A stretch of 33,708 nucleotides of DNA, taken from contig NW_021831665.1 of NCBI RefSeq assembly GCF_006345805.1, positions 1 to 33,708 on the forward strand. Reading direction: 5' to 3'. The notes under the pieces are model-generated. The model made no database searches. It had not been told where the DNA came from and worked only from the letters and a program-made list of their open reading frames with translations. Positions within the stretch are counted from its first letter, which is position 1. The number at the start of each line of letters is the position of its first letter. This document shows positions 1 to 11,630 of this stretch, piece after piece. Origin of the DNA: Octopus sinensis. Lineage: Eukaryota. Made by a program: the position numbers and the translations under genes.

Positions 1-1089
1 CAAATACATTTGATATATTTTTTTAAATCTTATTGAAATGAGTATCGTCGACAAAAGTAATGTTTGGTTTGTATATTTCAAACTCTTCAATTTCGATGCC
101 CTCAATAAAATTGAGAAAATCCATGTCGCCAAAATCATGAGATTTTCTGGTTTCTGGTTTTTAGTAAGCAGTGAAAGTCAACCGATATACTACATGTGCA
201 GTCGTCCATACTTTATTACGAGTAACATGTTGTGCTAATTACAAAGTAAGTAACAAAAAAATAACAACAATACATTAAAAATATTAACAAAAATTACTAT
301 TTAAAAATATATCCACAATATATACAATCCCAAATTTCTCATAAACAAAAAAAACAACAACAATTTATTAAAAATAATGCACACCAAAATATCACACCAC
401 AAAATAAAACTACAAAGAACAAACTAAATATAATAAAAAAATAAAACCCGAACAATCCTTAACACTATAAGGATATTTAAGCGTCAAATTCCTGCAGTAA
501 TAACACATAATATTGACAGTACAACAATGCTACAATTCACTCCACAAACATACCAAACACTCCCTAACATGCCCACAATACTTCTCCAATATTACTCTAT
601 ACTTACTTAACAGTTTCTCCTCGTATATATGTCGCATATATTCTATCGAAAATTTATTCCACGTCTCTCGGGGGGTCAAAGACACGTGAAATGGCACTTT
701 TTCGGATTTTGGACATCCCCTGATGACATCACCGATGTTTGAGAGGTTAAAGCGGGTATATTCCGCGGTCTCCAGTTTTAATATTTTGAGTGTGGGGGGT
801 GGGATATGGTCGAGGGTGATTAGGTCGGAATGGAGGGCTTGGGATAGGTATTTGTAGGCCACAAGGCAAACTGGGAATTTTTTGAAATTGGATTGGGAAA
901 TGACTTTGGCGGGAATTATGCTTTCATGTCCTTGATGGCACATGGAACAAAAATACTTGTAGCTGTAGTTACAGAAGGTTAACAAAGATGCTAAAAATAT
1001 TTTTAATTTATTAATTATTTATTTAAATATTTAAAAATAATTTAATAATTATTCAATAAATATTTAAATACAATTGTATGCTGATGTGG

Positions 1090-1479
1090 AGCATCCATAA
1101 CACGTAGTTTCGTTTCTATTTGCTGACAATTCCATATGTCGATTAGTGACTATAAAAAGTCTACAAAGCTCAGAATTTGACAATCTTTCCGATTTTTTAC
1201 TTATATTACATGACTAGGATTTATTTTTTTAAAAATGCCAGAATTTTGTCGGATTCGGAATCGTCCAAAAAATGCCCAATGTTGAGAGAAAAATATTTTT
1301 TTGCTGCATTTTTTATTTTATTTCTTTCGAATTTGACCAGTGATGCATCAGCTTTAAGAAAGCCCATGTTTTCCTATAGAAATGACAAATTTGGTTACAT
1401 GTTGGAGAGATTGTTCGGTTTCTGTTTTAATGTATGTTAAAAGATTTTCTAGTTGAGAATTTCGTGTGTAGTTTTGCAT
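1090..1479 (-). mobile_element. Degraded Ginger/Gypsy-type integrase N-terminal remnant with one 25-nt intron
   Basis: ATG at 1479. Removing GT-AG 1374-1398 gives MQNYTRNSQLENLLTYIKT...ERNKIKNAAKKYFSLN, which resembles the N-termini at 6726 and 8785. It is followed by a decayed HHCC-like stretch and IVTNRHMEL (integrase PME-like). Confidence 0.4.
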
Positions 1480-1839
1480 TTATTTAATATAAAACTTTGA
1501 AGATTAATTTTAAATTTAAATATATCTAGATCACTTTAATTTCTTAATTGGTTTAGTGACCACAACAATCCACAACGAGATATTTAAATTAATTTGATTA
1601 TTTATTTATATTTTTGAATATTATAAAATTTCATTAATAAAAATTTAATTTTTTATATTTTTTACTTCAATTTTATTATTATATATAATCAGATTTGAAA
1701 TCTTGTGGACGACTGGAAATCTAAAAATTAATCACATATTATTTATTAAAAATGAACTATTTTAAAATATATTTAATCCAATTATTTTTATAATTGAATA
1801 TTATTTTAAATAAATTATATATTCGTGTTAGTTTTTCTT

Positions 1840-2136
1840 ATGGTACCTATTTAATGATTTAATGTAGGGGGACGAAGAACTAAAAGTAAACTTTTATAGA
1901 ATTAAGCATCGTTAGGACCCTTTTCAAATGCTTAGGGAAAAGTACCGAGAATCCTCTCAGTGCCTTGGCTTTCGAACAGAACTAGAAAACTGCATTAACC
2001 GTGTTTCTTCCAAAGTAAAAACATCTGAGACTTGTCAACAAGAAACAAACGATTTTCGGGCTTGTGTGGATCGTCTGGTATATTAATTAATATACTCTCC
2101 AAGGCCTCTCAAGAAGTCTTTAGTTATTTAAAATGA
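1840..2136 (+). CDS. UQCRH: Cytochrome b-c1 complex subunit 6 (hinge protein), 71 aa; exons 1840-1842, 1868-1885, 1916-2077, 2104-2136
   Basis: Removing GT-AG introns 1843-1867 (25 nt), 1886-1915 (30 nt) and 2078-2103 (26 nt) gives MGDEELKDPFQMLREKYRESSQCLGFRTELENCINRVSSKVKTSETCQQETNDFRACVDRLASQEVFSYLK*. This matches the UCR_hinge pattern DP..LRE...C...L..C..RVSS....E.C..E..DF...D...F..LK. Not in the ORF track. Confidence 0.9.
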
Positions 2137-2404
2137 TTTAAACTGTTTATTTTCCAATTAATATCATTAATTATTTTTAATTATATTTTTAACAATTTCC
2201 CTTGGATAACCAGCTTATTTCGGAATGTAAAAGTAAACTAAAAGAATCTTTATTTTGATTAGTGGAGTATTCACGAAAAATGTTGTTTCCTTTAGTTTTA
2301 TTGATAACTTTGATTAAAATTTGGATATATGCATTCAATTCTTAACATTTTCTACACGAAAGATGAAAAGTAATATTTTCTACACGAACAAGGATACGTA
2401 GTGT

Positions 2405-3260
2405 AGTGTGGGTCTTGTTTTCATTTCTTCATCTGATCGTCCATATAGCATCAAGAGGTCCTCCATGCTCGTAGGAGTCGAAAGCTTGTCTTTTGCCCAA
2501 AACTCTTTTCAGGCTCGTCTCAATCTTCTGTTTATTGGACTAGGAAATAGAGTTGCCCCTTACCGTGCATACATACAAGAAACAAGGCACGATGTACTGA
2601 TTGTATAGACATTCAAGTTCTGGGTGCTTTCCAAATTTCCAAAATTCAGAGAAACACTTCAATACGTTGGTCTTCCTTTTGCATTTTGTTAATACGTTAT
2701 CCACATGTGGAGAGAAGCACCGACCTTTGGTGGTCATTGAGCAAAACAGAATTTCGTTTTGTCCAGGCCTTGACGAAGCAGCCAGAATGTCTCGATCTTT
2801 AGGAAATCAAAATATCATTGTCGTTATCTGGCAGAGGCAGGTCGGCAGTAAAAAGATTGAAGACCCGTGATTTTAAACTCGATGGTCCTCTCCGATTACT
2901 GAGAATTTTAATATCTACGGTTTAAGATTGGCTGGGACTTTTGATATAAATATCTTCTGGATAAGAATTTTTATCGACACTTAATCGAGAGCTTTTTTAG
3001 GTCAATAAAACAGAGAACTGTATTTTAGAGACCGAAATTTTGTGAGAATTCTTCCTGGATAAAACTAGTCAAATTGGATTAGTTTGTCAGTGTAAATCTT
3101 CCTTCTTAAAATCCGTATTGTAAGGGCTTATCAGATAGCCCATGTTATTCCGAGAAAACAACTTTTCCAGCACCTTCGACATGGAGAAGAGTAGGCCAAC
3201 TGGTCTGTAGGTGCTCGGTTTTTTTTCGATTTTCCCGGTTTAAGAATTGGGCGTAGATGG
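2405..3260 (-). mobile_element. Degenerate non-LTR retrotransposon (LINE) reverse transcriptase fragment
   Basis: Frameshifted or stop-broken RT motifs on the minus strand: PILKPGK..STYRPVGLL.SMSKVLEK, QYGF, FIDLKK, FNLFTADLP, then thumb-like HVDNVLTK..LYNQYIVP. Confidence 0.8.
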
Positions 3261-3379
3261 GCTATTTTTCACAGAAAATAAATAATGTTTTTGTTGATAG
3301 AATGATTGTAAATTCCAAGATTCTTTAAAAGAATTATTTGGGATTTCATCAGCTCCGTTTGACAGTGTTGACTTAATTG

Positions 3380-6300
3380 ACTATAAAAAGTATTTATAAA
3401 AAGTAATACCTTACCATCAACATTGACTGGTAATCAACAACAACTGATTCGTCAAGTTGAACTAAAAACTTGCGTGTAGTCAAGACTATCTGAGCAGTTG
3501 AACTGTTTGGAGATTGCCTTTCTAAATTCTTGACAGTCTCGATCTTCCCAGTCCCTGCATGGCTTTCAGGTGCTCCACCCAAATATAATTGGAGTGCATC
3601 AAAGAGAGTTTTGTAGCAACAATCAGTGATTGGAGTGATCACCAGTCTTCCACTTTTCCCGAAGTATTCGTATTCATATTTGATACATTAGTTGATCATC
3701 CGAATCATCACATTCTCGTCCTTTGAGAAGCATATTTTTTATTAATTCGTAATTTGTATCGACGTTTTTGTTAATAAGACTGCTCACGGCATCCCTGGCG
3801 TGACATCCAGCACAATCAGAGCTTTGAGAGTCATCCTGTTTTGCAAGCTCAACTTGCCCCGGACGAGCAAGACGATATCGAGAATCTGTTGATTGCTTTG
3901 AGCGAGATATTGGCTTATATCTGTCAGTCCACAATATTATAGTCTCTCCTTCTCTGATAGCCTCGTGCACCTTACAAGTCCAATTATACATTGAAGTCTG
4001 TCCAGTCACTCCAAAACCCAAAGAATCCGATTAGTCGTCAAATATGAGTCAATCGACTCCACCACTGCTTTTTTGACCGACACAATCATTGCCGTCTCTA
4101 ACTCAAGCAACCACTTTTCCATTTGTCCCTTGGCTTTAGCTGTAGAAATGGTTTGATTGAGTTCCACTTTCTCGTTCTCTGAACTGTACATGTGAGTCAC
4201 GTCCTGAGTATCAGTGAATTCCAGTCGAGCAATTTCCTCGAAACACTTTTTGAGGTGGGGATGGACTCTGCCAATGTTATTATTCGCATTGCCTCGTGAG
4301 GTCTTTGGTTCTGATAGAATTTCCAGTAATTCGTCGTTTGACAAGAAGAAGCGGGGAAAGTAAGTTTCCAAGTATTCGTTAAGTCCCTTGAATATCAGTG
4401 CCATGCCTACTTTCAAATTAGTTCCAAAAGTTCGTTCGACTTTATTAGTTTGGTGAGCATGTTGTTTATTTTGACAACCGAGAGTGTCCGTCTGCTATAA
4501 CTTGCTTCATGACATCCCGCTATGTTTTGTCCACGCTCGTAAAACGCCTTCCTTCTTCGTGCATTTGTGCCATAATGTCGAGAGAACTGAAAATGGGCTC
4601 CAAGTTAAGCGAAATAGATACTGAGCTACTCGTCGAAAATGCCCTGAATAAAAATGAGGGTGTGTTCCAATTCTCTGAACTATCGAAACAAAAAAACTTG
4701 ATTTGTTGTTTGAAGGGTTTGATTAAAGGAGACCCTCGAATGGTCTGAGTCTTGACAAACTGTACGGAATCACCATGTACTCAATCTGGGAGTAGATTTA
4801 CTAAACGAGTACCTCCGCCCATTCTCCAATCATCTTCTGAATTGCCTTCTTGAGGGCATAATCCCTTTCAGCTGCCTCAGATATGAATTCGAATTAACCG
4901 ATAAAGTTTTCCACTTCCAACAAAATAACGTAATCGAGATTGAATTCCGAGTCGTTGGAATCCACAATGAAATCAATCAACTCGGAGATCTGATTCTAAT
5001 GACGATCTCTCATTCCAAGGTTGAAGAATTTCTGAATCATTGGAATATTCTCCCTGAAGTCTTCCACGTCTTTTTTAACCTTGAAATGTCACATATTGGA
5101 GATACTTGCATGCTCATCAATTTTGGGGCCGCCAAATCTTCGAACGTCTTTTCGAGCTTTTAGAGACCAAATATTATTGTTGGTCTCGTTGTCCACATCC
5201 TCAGGAACCAAGTCCTCTCGCTTGCACTTATTCCATTTACTGCCGCTTCATTATACTGCACAAACTTTTTATTTTCCATGAATTCGGTTGCACAGCTTCT
5301 GTAGAATTTTGTTTTATAAAACCTCGGCCCGGTTGGTTGCCGCTGTGAACCTCAAACAACCCGATCCTGCAAAGTGGGGATTCAAGACTCAACTGTTTTA
5401 TTCTTTCCAAGCCATAGGTAATTTCCCAATGAAAATTGTAGTATTTCTCAATTTCCACACAACTCTGAGAGAAGAGAGGTGATTGGGCATTGTTTCGTTT
5501 GATCTCCTCATCAGCCTACAATTAGTGAAGTGCCTTATTTGCGATGAGATCAAATAAAAGTATTAATCTTAGAAATTACAGTAAAAAACGAGCCCCTCTA
5601 TTTCACTTTCCAATTTGCATTTTATTGAGTTCGTATGAGCTGCCACTATTTTGTCCATTACGGCCGGATTCAAGTAATATAGAAACTGCTGTCTACCTCG
5701 GGCGTCAATATCATCTTTGAATAACTCTCCAAACTCTGGATTAGCATTTCTTGGAGGAGATTGCTCATTAGCATGGCAGTCGAGTTAAAAAAACGAACTC
5801 AATCTTGCTTTTGTCTTGCCCAAAGAAAGCTGACGTTTCTTATTTCCTTCGAGAAACACGTTCTGGACTTGAAAGAGCCACCTGATAGAATGATATGCAA
5901 TACTTTTTAAACAACATGTCCTTGACACTTCCGATGGTCTGGAGAAAGTGCCTGTAAAAGTCTTTTAGTTCGATTGGTCTATTAAGTCCTTTTGTGCCGA
6001 TGAATCTCAGATTGCTAATACAATAATCCAATTAATGTCTACACCTGTATGATCCTTTCCACTGGCATGGCAGTTTGATGAAACAAGTGTTGGCTATATT
6101 GATAATTCTGTTCATATTTTTCCGATTTCTTTTAAAGTCGGCTTCCCATGGCTTGGGAATAACGGCAATGTCACTTCGGTGTGTGAACGGAAAGTCTATT
6201 CCGTGCATTTGGAAGGGTTTGACATTGTCAAACACAAAGTCCACTTATAGTGTCTCACCTATTACCTTCCTCACACCCAAAAAATAGTTCTCCTGCATAT

Positions 6301-8190
6301 TCTCGACAAGGGACTCGATTAAATCATTCGATTGGCTCTAAATCTAACTTGAGGAAATAAACGTGTTTGAGGGACAGACCAATCATCGAACAGGACTTGT
6401 CTGTCCAGTGATGCAGGTGCTGAGTTTCGATCCCGTTGTTTATATAGTAGTATTATGTGACATGGTTTGCGCGATACCTATGGGCCGCGCGATACCTGAC
6501 GTGACCTTGAAATGTGCAATTATGACATTGATGGGATTAAATTATAAATCTTTTAATTAGACCGCGACTCATTCTTATCATTTAATAATTTACTAAATTA
6601 GCTAAAGACTCTCTCATTTTGACAAAAATTATATTTGTAGGAATTTAATTATCAGAAATTAATTTTTTTGGTGGAAAACCTAAATTTCTTGAGTTATTTC
6701 TAGCGTGCAAGTATGTTTTGCAGCAATGTCCTCGTACAAAGGTTATGTAAAGAATAGTTTGGAATATCAAATTTTAAAAGATGTTTTACAGGATAAATTT
6801 CCTGAACATCTTACAAAGCAAAAAAATATAGACTAGTTAAGAAAATTGAAAATTTTACTGTAATTAATGAAAGGTATCATACAAATTGTAAATGTATAGA
6901 TTGTATCTTAAATGTGCGAATTCAGATCACAAGCTAGTGATTTGTCTGGACAATGAACCCGAAATGGAGATCGTTGCTAAAAGTTTGCATGACTTCTTGC
7001 ATGGAGGAGTTAACAAAATTGAATATGAATGTCGACAACGATATTTCACAGTTAAAAATGAGATTATTCGAAAAGTCATTCGAAACTGTGAAATTTGTAA
7101 ATTTGCGCGACCCTTAAAAGTTTTAATTTTTTTAAATCCTAGATTGGAGATATAAATAACCATGTCTTTGCATCTTGCCCAAATGAAAGATTTCAGATAT
7201 ATCTTATAGATCTGAAAAGTTTTTCTACTATAAATAAAAATTTTAAATGGATTTTAACGGTCATTGACGTATATAGCAGGTTAGTTTTTTTAACAATTTT
7301 TATAGATTTGCATTTGCGAGGCCGCTCTACACTAAGTCCTCAAATGAAGTTTGTGAAAACCTTATTTTTCTTAAATGGTCCGTGTCAATTTTTTCAGTCC
7401 GATAATGGGACTGAATTCAAGAATCGTGAAATGACCAATCTATGTGAGGAATTCAATATCAAACGAATTCACGGAAGGCCAAACAATCCCCGCTCACAAG
7501 GGATTGTCAACGCTTCAACCAGTCAATTACAAGAAAAATGGCAAAAATGATCGACAATGATAATAAAAAGTGGCTGGAAAAATTAGAAAATGCAGTGTAC
7601 AGTTATAACATTTCTGTCCACTCATCTTCTAATGAGAGCCCTTTTGAAAGATACCGGGGAATAAGTGGAATAAATACAATATTTTATGGTTGTAATTATA
7701 AAATTCTTTGAAGTTTAATATTAATTACAATATTGACATTAAGTTAAGCTGCAAGGTCACGTCAGGTATCGCGCGGCCCATAGGTATCACGCAAACCATG
7801 TCACATATTATTTCTTAAGTTGTGCAATTTAGACTAACAATGTATCAATTTCTCTAAAAGATATGTCTTCTTGGTTTTGTATTACATTTTTCCTAGTATT
7901 TGTTGTACAAGGAAAACATTATAAGCTTTACAAGTCCTTGCCTAAAATTTTCCCGATCCTTTTTGATTAGTGTGAAATTTTTTTGACTTTGTTTTGGTCA
8001 ATTCAGAGGCTGCAATGTTTTTGCAAATTTCAAAACTGTTTTTGGATAATTTGTACGTGAATTGTGGCTTCTTCTGACTCCACGACAACATCTTTTTTTC
8101 TTGAATGATAGGAAGAAGTGTATACGAACTTGTCCGCTTTTTCGCCTGCTTGAGATCAAAGGATCCTATTCCAAGTAGTCTTATCAATTT
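3380..8190 (-). pseudogene. DNAH7: Axonemal inner-arm dynein heavy chain (DNAH7-like) pseudogene, N-terminus to AAA1, interrupted by a Ginger transposon
   Basis: Collinear motifs: [148 protein letters not shown]. It carries many in-frame stops, frameshifts and internal deletions, and retains micro-introns (4387-4410, 4786-4812, 5080-5105). Confidence 0.85.
6456..7805 (+). mobile_element. Ginger (Ginger2/TDD-like) DNA transposon with both ends, inactivated integrase-type transposase
   Basis: About 54-bp TIRs TGTGACATGGTTTGCG(C/T)GATACC... with 1 mismatch, TGT..ACA termini, and a 5-bp TSD TATTA (6451-6455 / 7806-7810). The spliced ORF from ATG 6726 has HHCC (HDFLHGG..CEIC), ERFQIYLID, QSDNGTEF and GRPNNPRSQG. 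Introns are 6874-6899, 7120-7142 and 7280-7305. Several frameshifts. Confidence 0.88.
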
Positions 8191-8416
8191 AATACAATAA
8201 AGCTCTTCATAGCAGTTTGCAATCCTAGAATATGTCCTAACTATATTTATTTGTTTCCGTCTATTAACACCAGCTCTTTATAGAAATAGTCTTTTCCGAG
8301 TCCACCACATTGGTAAAAATTCTGGCGAGGTTGATTTGTTTTCCAATGTGACTGGTGCAAAAAAAATTAAAAAGTCCGTGACTAATGTTAAGATTTTACT
8401 CACAAAGTTCGGTTCA

Positions 8417-8785
8417 TTAAATTTTTTGCCTTGCATACCGGGCAAGAGTCCAAACCCTCATACCATCAGATCTGTTAACTCCATAAACAATTTCTTTTAA
8501 TAGACCCATTAGTATATCACGCCCGGGATGCCCATTTGATTCGTGTACTTCATTGATGAATTGCATTTTTTCATTCATTTCACATGAAGAAAAAACACGC
8601 AATAACACTCCAGGTGCAGCACGATAGTATAAAATTTCTGACGATTCAAATCGTTTTAATTTAAATCGTCTGGCGGTCTTCCGAAATTTTCTTTTCGATT
8701 GAGAACAAGAATCGAGATATGTTCCGTTCCTCAAATATTCAATAATTTGTTGAACTCGCACATGAGTAAGGTCACAATGTCGCAT
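8417..8785 (-). mobile_element. Ginger/Gypsy-like integrase N-terminal (HHCC zinc-binding) fragment
   Basis: IIEYLRNGTY...RKFRKTARRFKL...HESNGHPGRD, followed after a frameshift by CPVC. Confidence 0.6.
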
Positions 8786-9414
8786 CGCATGTCATAATTT
8801 GATATGTAAAAATAAAATTTTAGACAAGCCATTCTAAAATAATTAATTAAACATTAAAATTATTATAAAAATAAGTAAAATACTATTTTTACGTATAATT
8901 TATGTCTGATATTTACTTTTGCCTTTTTAATTCAACGTGGGTCCTTTCAAGCCTGGGGGTCCCTTCAGACCTGTGACACCTTTTATGAAGAAATTTGGAC
9001 AAAACATGTCTCTTGAAAATATTATGAGGAATATACACCTACTTACGGCTGGTCGAATGAATATGTAGACGACCTCATACAATCAGATTTTGGGGAATTA
9101 TGCCCCACACACTAAAAATAAAAACAACTTTCCGCAGTGGAGTTAAGAAGAACGTCTCTTTCCTCAATATTACGAAGATCTGTCAAACTTTGACTTCATT
9201 TATTAAAATTATTTATTCTTTAAATAAAATTTCTAAATGTGAACTATATATTTTAAAAGTCCAGATAAAATTGATTTTTAATTATTGCGTCTGCTTTCAG
9301 TCGATTCTCCTCCTCTTCAAGCCCGAGCAAATTGTAAAATTTCTATATTGAGAATTATATTCCGTTGTTTAGAGCCCTGGCAAAACTGAGTAAGTAACCT
9401 GAAATGCTGCAATA

Positions 9415-10652
9415 CAGTACCGGTCATATGTTTTAGACATTCTGAAAAAATCCCAGTGTTTGATTTTTCTAAAGAAAAATCCAATAAAATAAAAGTTTTT
9501 TAGTAAGTATTATCTATATTATTTATATATTTATCATTTTCATATCTTATCTTCGCTTTATCTTCGACTTCTTCATATGTTTAAGGATTTTGTCGAAATT
9601 GGCCCAGTCATATGTTTTAGACATTTTATTTAAATTCATTATATTTCAATAAAATTTATACTTTTTTTCTATTTTTCGTATCGGAAACGTGTTTTAAATT
9701 AATTTGAAAGCAGTATGCCACGACTTTCTGTTGAACAGCGTCATAGAATTGTTTTTATGCGAGAAAATGGTCATACCGTACAGGAATATCGATTTTACTT
9801 GGAATATCCAGATGCGCCGTAAATCACACTTACCAACGGTATTTGGATGGAAATGGGTTTTACGACAGACCAAAATCTGGAAGAAATTGTATTCTTTCGG
9901 CACGTGCTCAAAGGAATCTTGTACGTGAGTCTCGACGTTTTCCCAAAAAAACAGCGAATGAAATTCGTAGAATATCAACAGCGAATGAAATTCGAAATGT
10001 AGATTCCGTAGAATATCAACGAATCTTGGAACAAGGGCTTTCTGAGATATATGATGATAACTTTATTTTCCAACAAGATGGTGCATCATGTCATACTTCA
10101 CGGTCTACAAAAAATTATTTGCTTGAAAAAGGAGTGAATATTTTAAACAATTGGCCTGCACAATCGCCAGATCTTAACATAATAGAAAATTGCTGGCATT
10201 ATTTAAAGAGCAAAATCAAAATAGAAACCCTCAGAACGTTAAGCAACTATGGGAGATGGCAAAAGATGAATGGAACAAGATGGGAGATGATTATATTCAA
10301 AACTTGTATTTGTCGATCCCAAATAGAATACATGATGTAATATCGAAAAAAGGAGATGTAACTAAATACTAACTTGTGTTTTAATTAATAAAAACTCGTT
10401 TTAACTTTTAAAAATTCCAGATTATGGATGTGCATCGTAAATGTCTAAAACATATGACTGGGCCAGTTTCGACAAAATCTATAAAAAGATCAAGATGTCG
10501 AAAATACAGTGACGATGAGATTGGGAAAAAATAAATAACTAAAAAAAATGGATAATGCTTAATGAAAAGCATTTTCTAAATAAGATTTTTCTTTAGAAAA
10601 ATCAAACACTGGGATTTTTTCAGGAATGTCTAAAAACATATGACCGGTACTG
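9415..10652 (+). mobile_element. Tc1-family IR/DR DNA transposon, internally deleted transposase (ATG 9715 to TAA 10372)
   Basis: TA TSD at 9413-9414 and 10653-10654. TIR CAGTACCGGTCATATG..., with inner direct repeats near 9603-9625 and 10440-10462. FQQDGASCH...WPAQSPDLNIIENCW catalytic motifs. The first catalytic Asp region is deleted and there are frameshifts. Confidence 0.92.
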
Positions 10653-10659
10653 TAACTCT

Positions 10660-11630
10660 TATCAGAGGAAAGTACCGCAGCAACAACCTAGTATGCGTAA
10701 AAAACTTAAAACTCAAGGAAATTCACTCGTATGAAATCTCCGGATATTGGTATCTGCATCTACATTAAACAGCTGCACTACTCAGGGCCCGGATCAAGTA
10801 TATCTATTTCAATAAACTCCAAATCCATAACATAAATATCATCGAGGAAGTGAAAACTGAATCCTTCTGGCTAAAGGTTGGAGGTATACATCAAAAAAAA
10901 CGCTCTTCCCTGGGTTTAGTTTGATCAAAATTTTCTTCTCTAGTTGAGGATAAGCCTTCTTATTGGCGACTAAACTCAAAACATATGAAGTGACTGTCGG
11001 GATGAATAATTAGGACGGTCGTAGACTGGAAGAAGATTACTGACCGTGTCAGGACTTCGAAAATCTGACCTATCAATCGCTCAACGGCTGGACAACTTGT
11101 GTTCAAGCGTCTGCTCGCACACTATCGCGAATCTTCAACATCTACGTAGGCATTGAAAGACAAGAATGCTAACCACTTAAACAGCTTCTCAAAATTAATT
11201 GGCCGCATACAGAAGCTCCTGAGAGCATTCCTGCACGACAAAGATTTCCCTGACGGATACAGCTCTATTCCTGATATTAAAACGTGAGTGTGATAAATAA
11301 GGAAATCATGCATCTTTATCTGAATTCGTAACACAACTAAGTCCCTGTGTGACCCCATCGACAGGCTACGATTAAAGAAATGATCTCTGAAATTGGTGGA
11401 AAACTTAAACCTCGCGATAAAGTTGGGCGTAGTCAGGCAGAAGGCTTGGAAAAATCTGCCACATAACCCAAACTTCTGGGAGTTTCAAATAGTTGAAAAT
11501 CTCAAAGGAAAATCCGCTCCACAGAAGTTGTGCAATAAATCCAGCATTCCTGTCTCGACGGAGGAGATTCCAAACATATTCGCGGAACACTTAGCAAATA
11601 TCCAAGAAGCCTGTCTAGAAACGTCATAAA
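10660..11630 (+). mobile_element. Highly decayed APE-type LINE ORF2 remnant (endonuclease end and EN-RT linker)
   Basis: Broken motifs similar to the APE ORF at 32493 (SIF..IIEE..WLKVGGI) and linker-like NFWEFQ..LKG..TEEIPNIFAEHL. Confidence 0.5.

Noticed and set aside
4006-4998. TAG reassigned to Trp, making the dynein functional
   Set aside because: The same gene has intact TGG Trp codons, TAA and TGA stops at non-equivalent sites, many frameshifts, large deletions and a TE insertion.
3380-8190. All dynein and TE frameshifts being homopolymer sequencing errors
   Set aside because: Some may be, but nonsense substitutions, missing conserved blocks and insertions cannot, and the neighbouring UQCRH is error-free.
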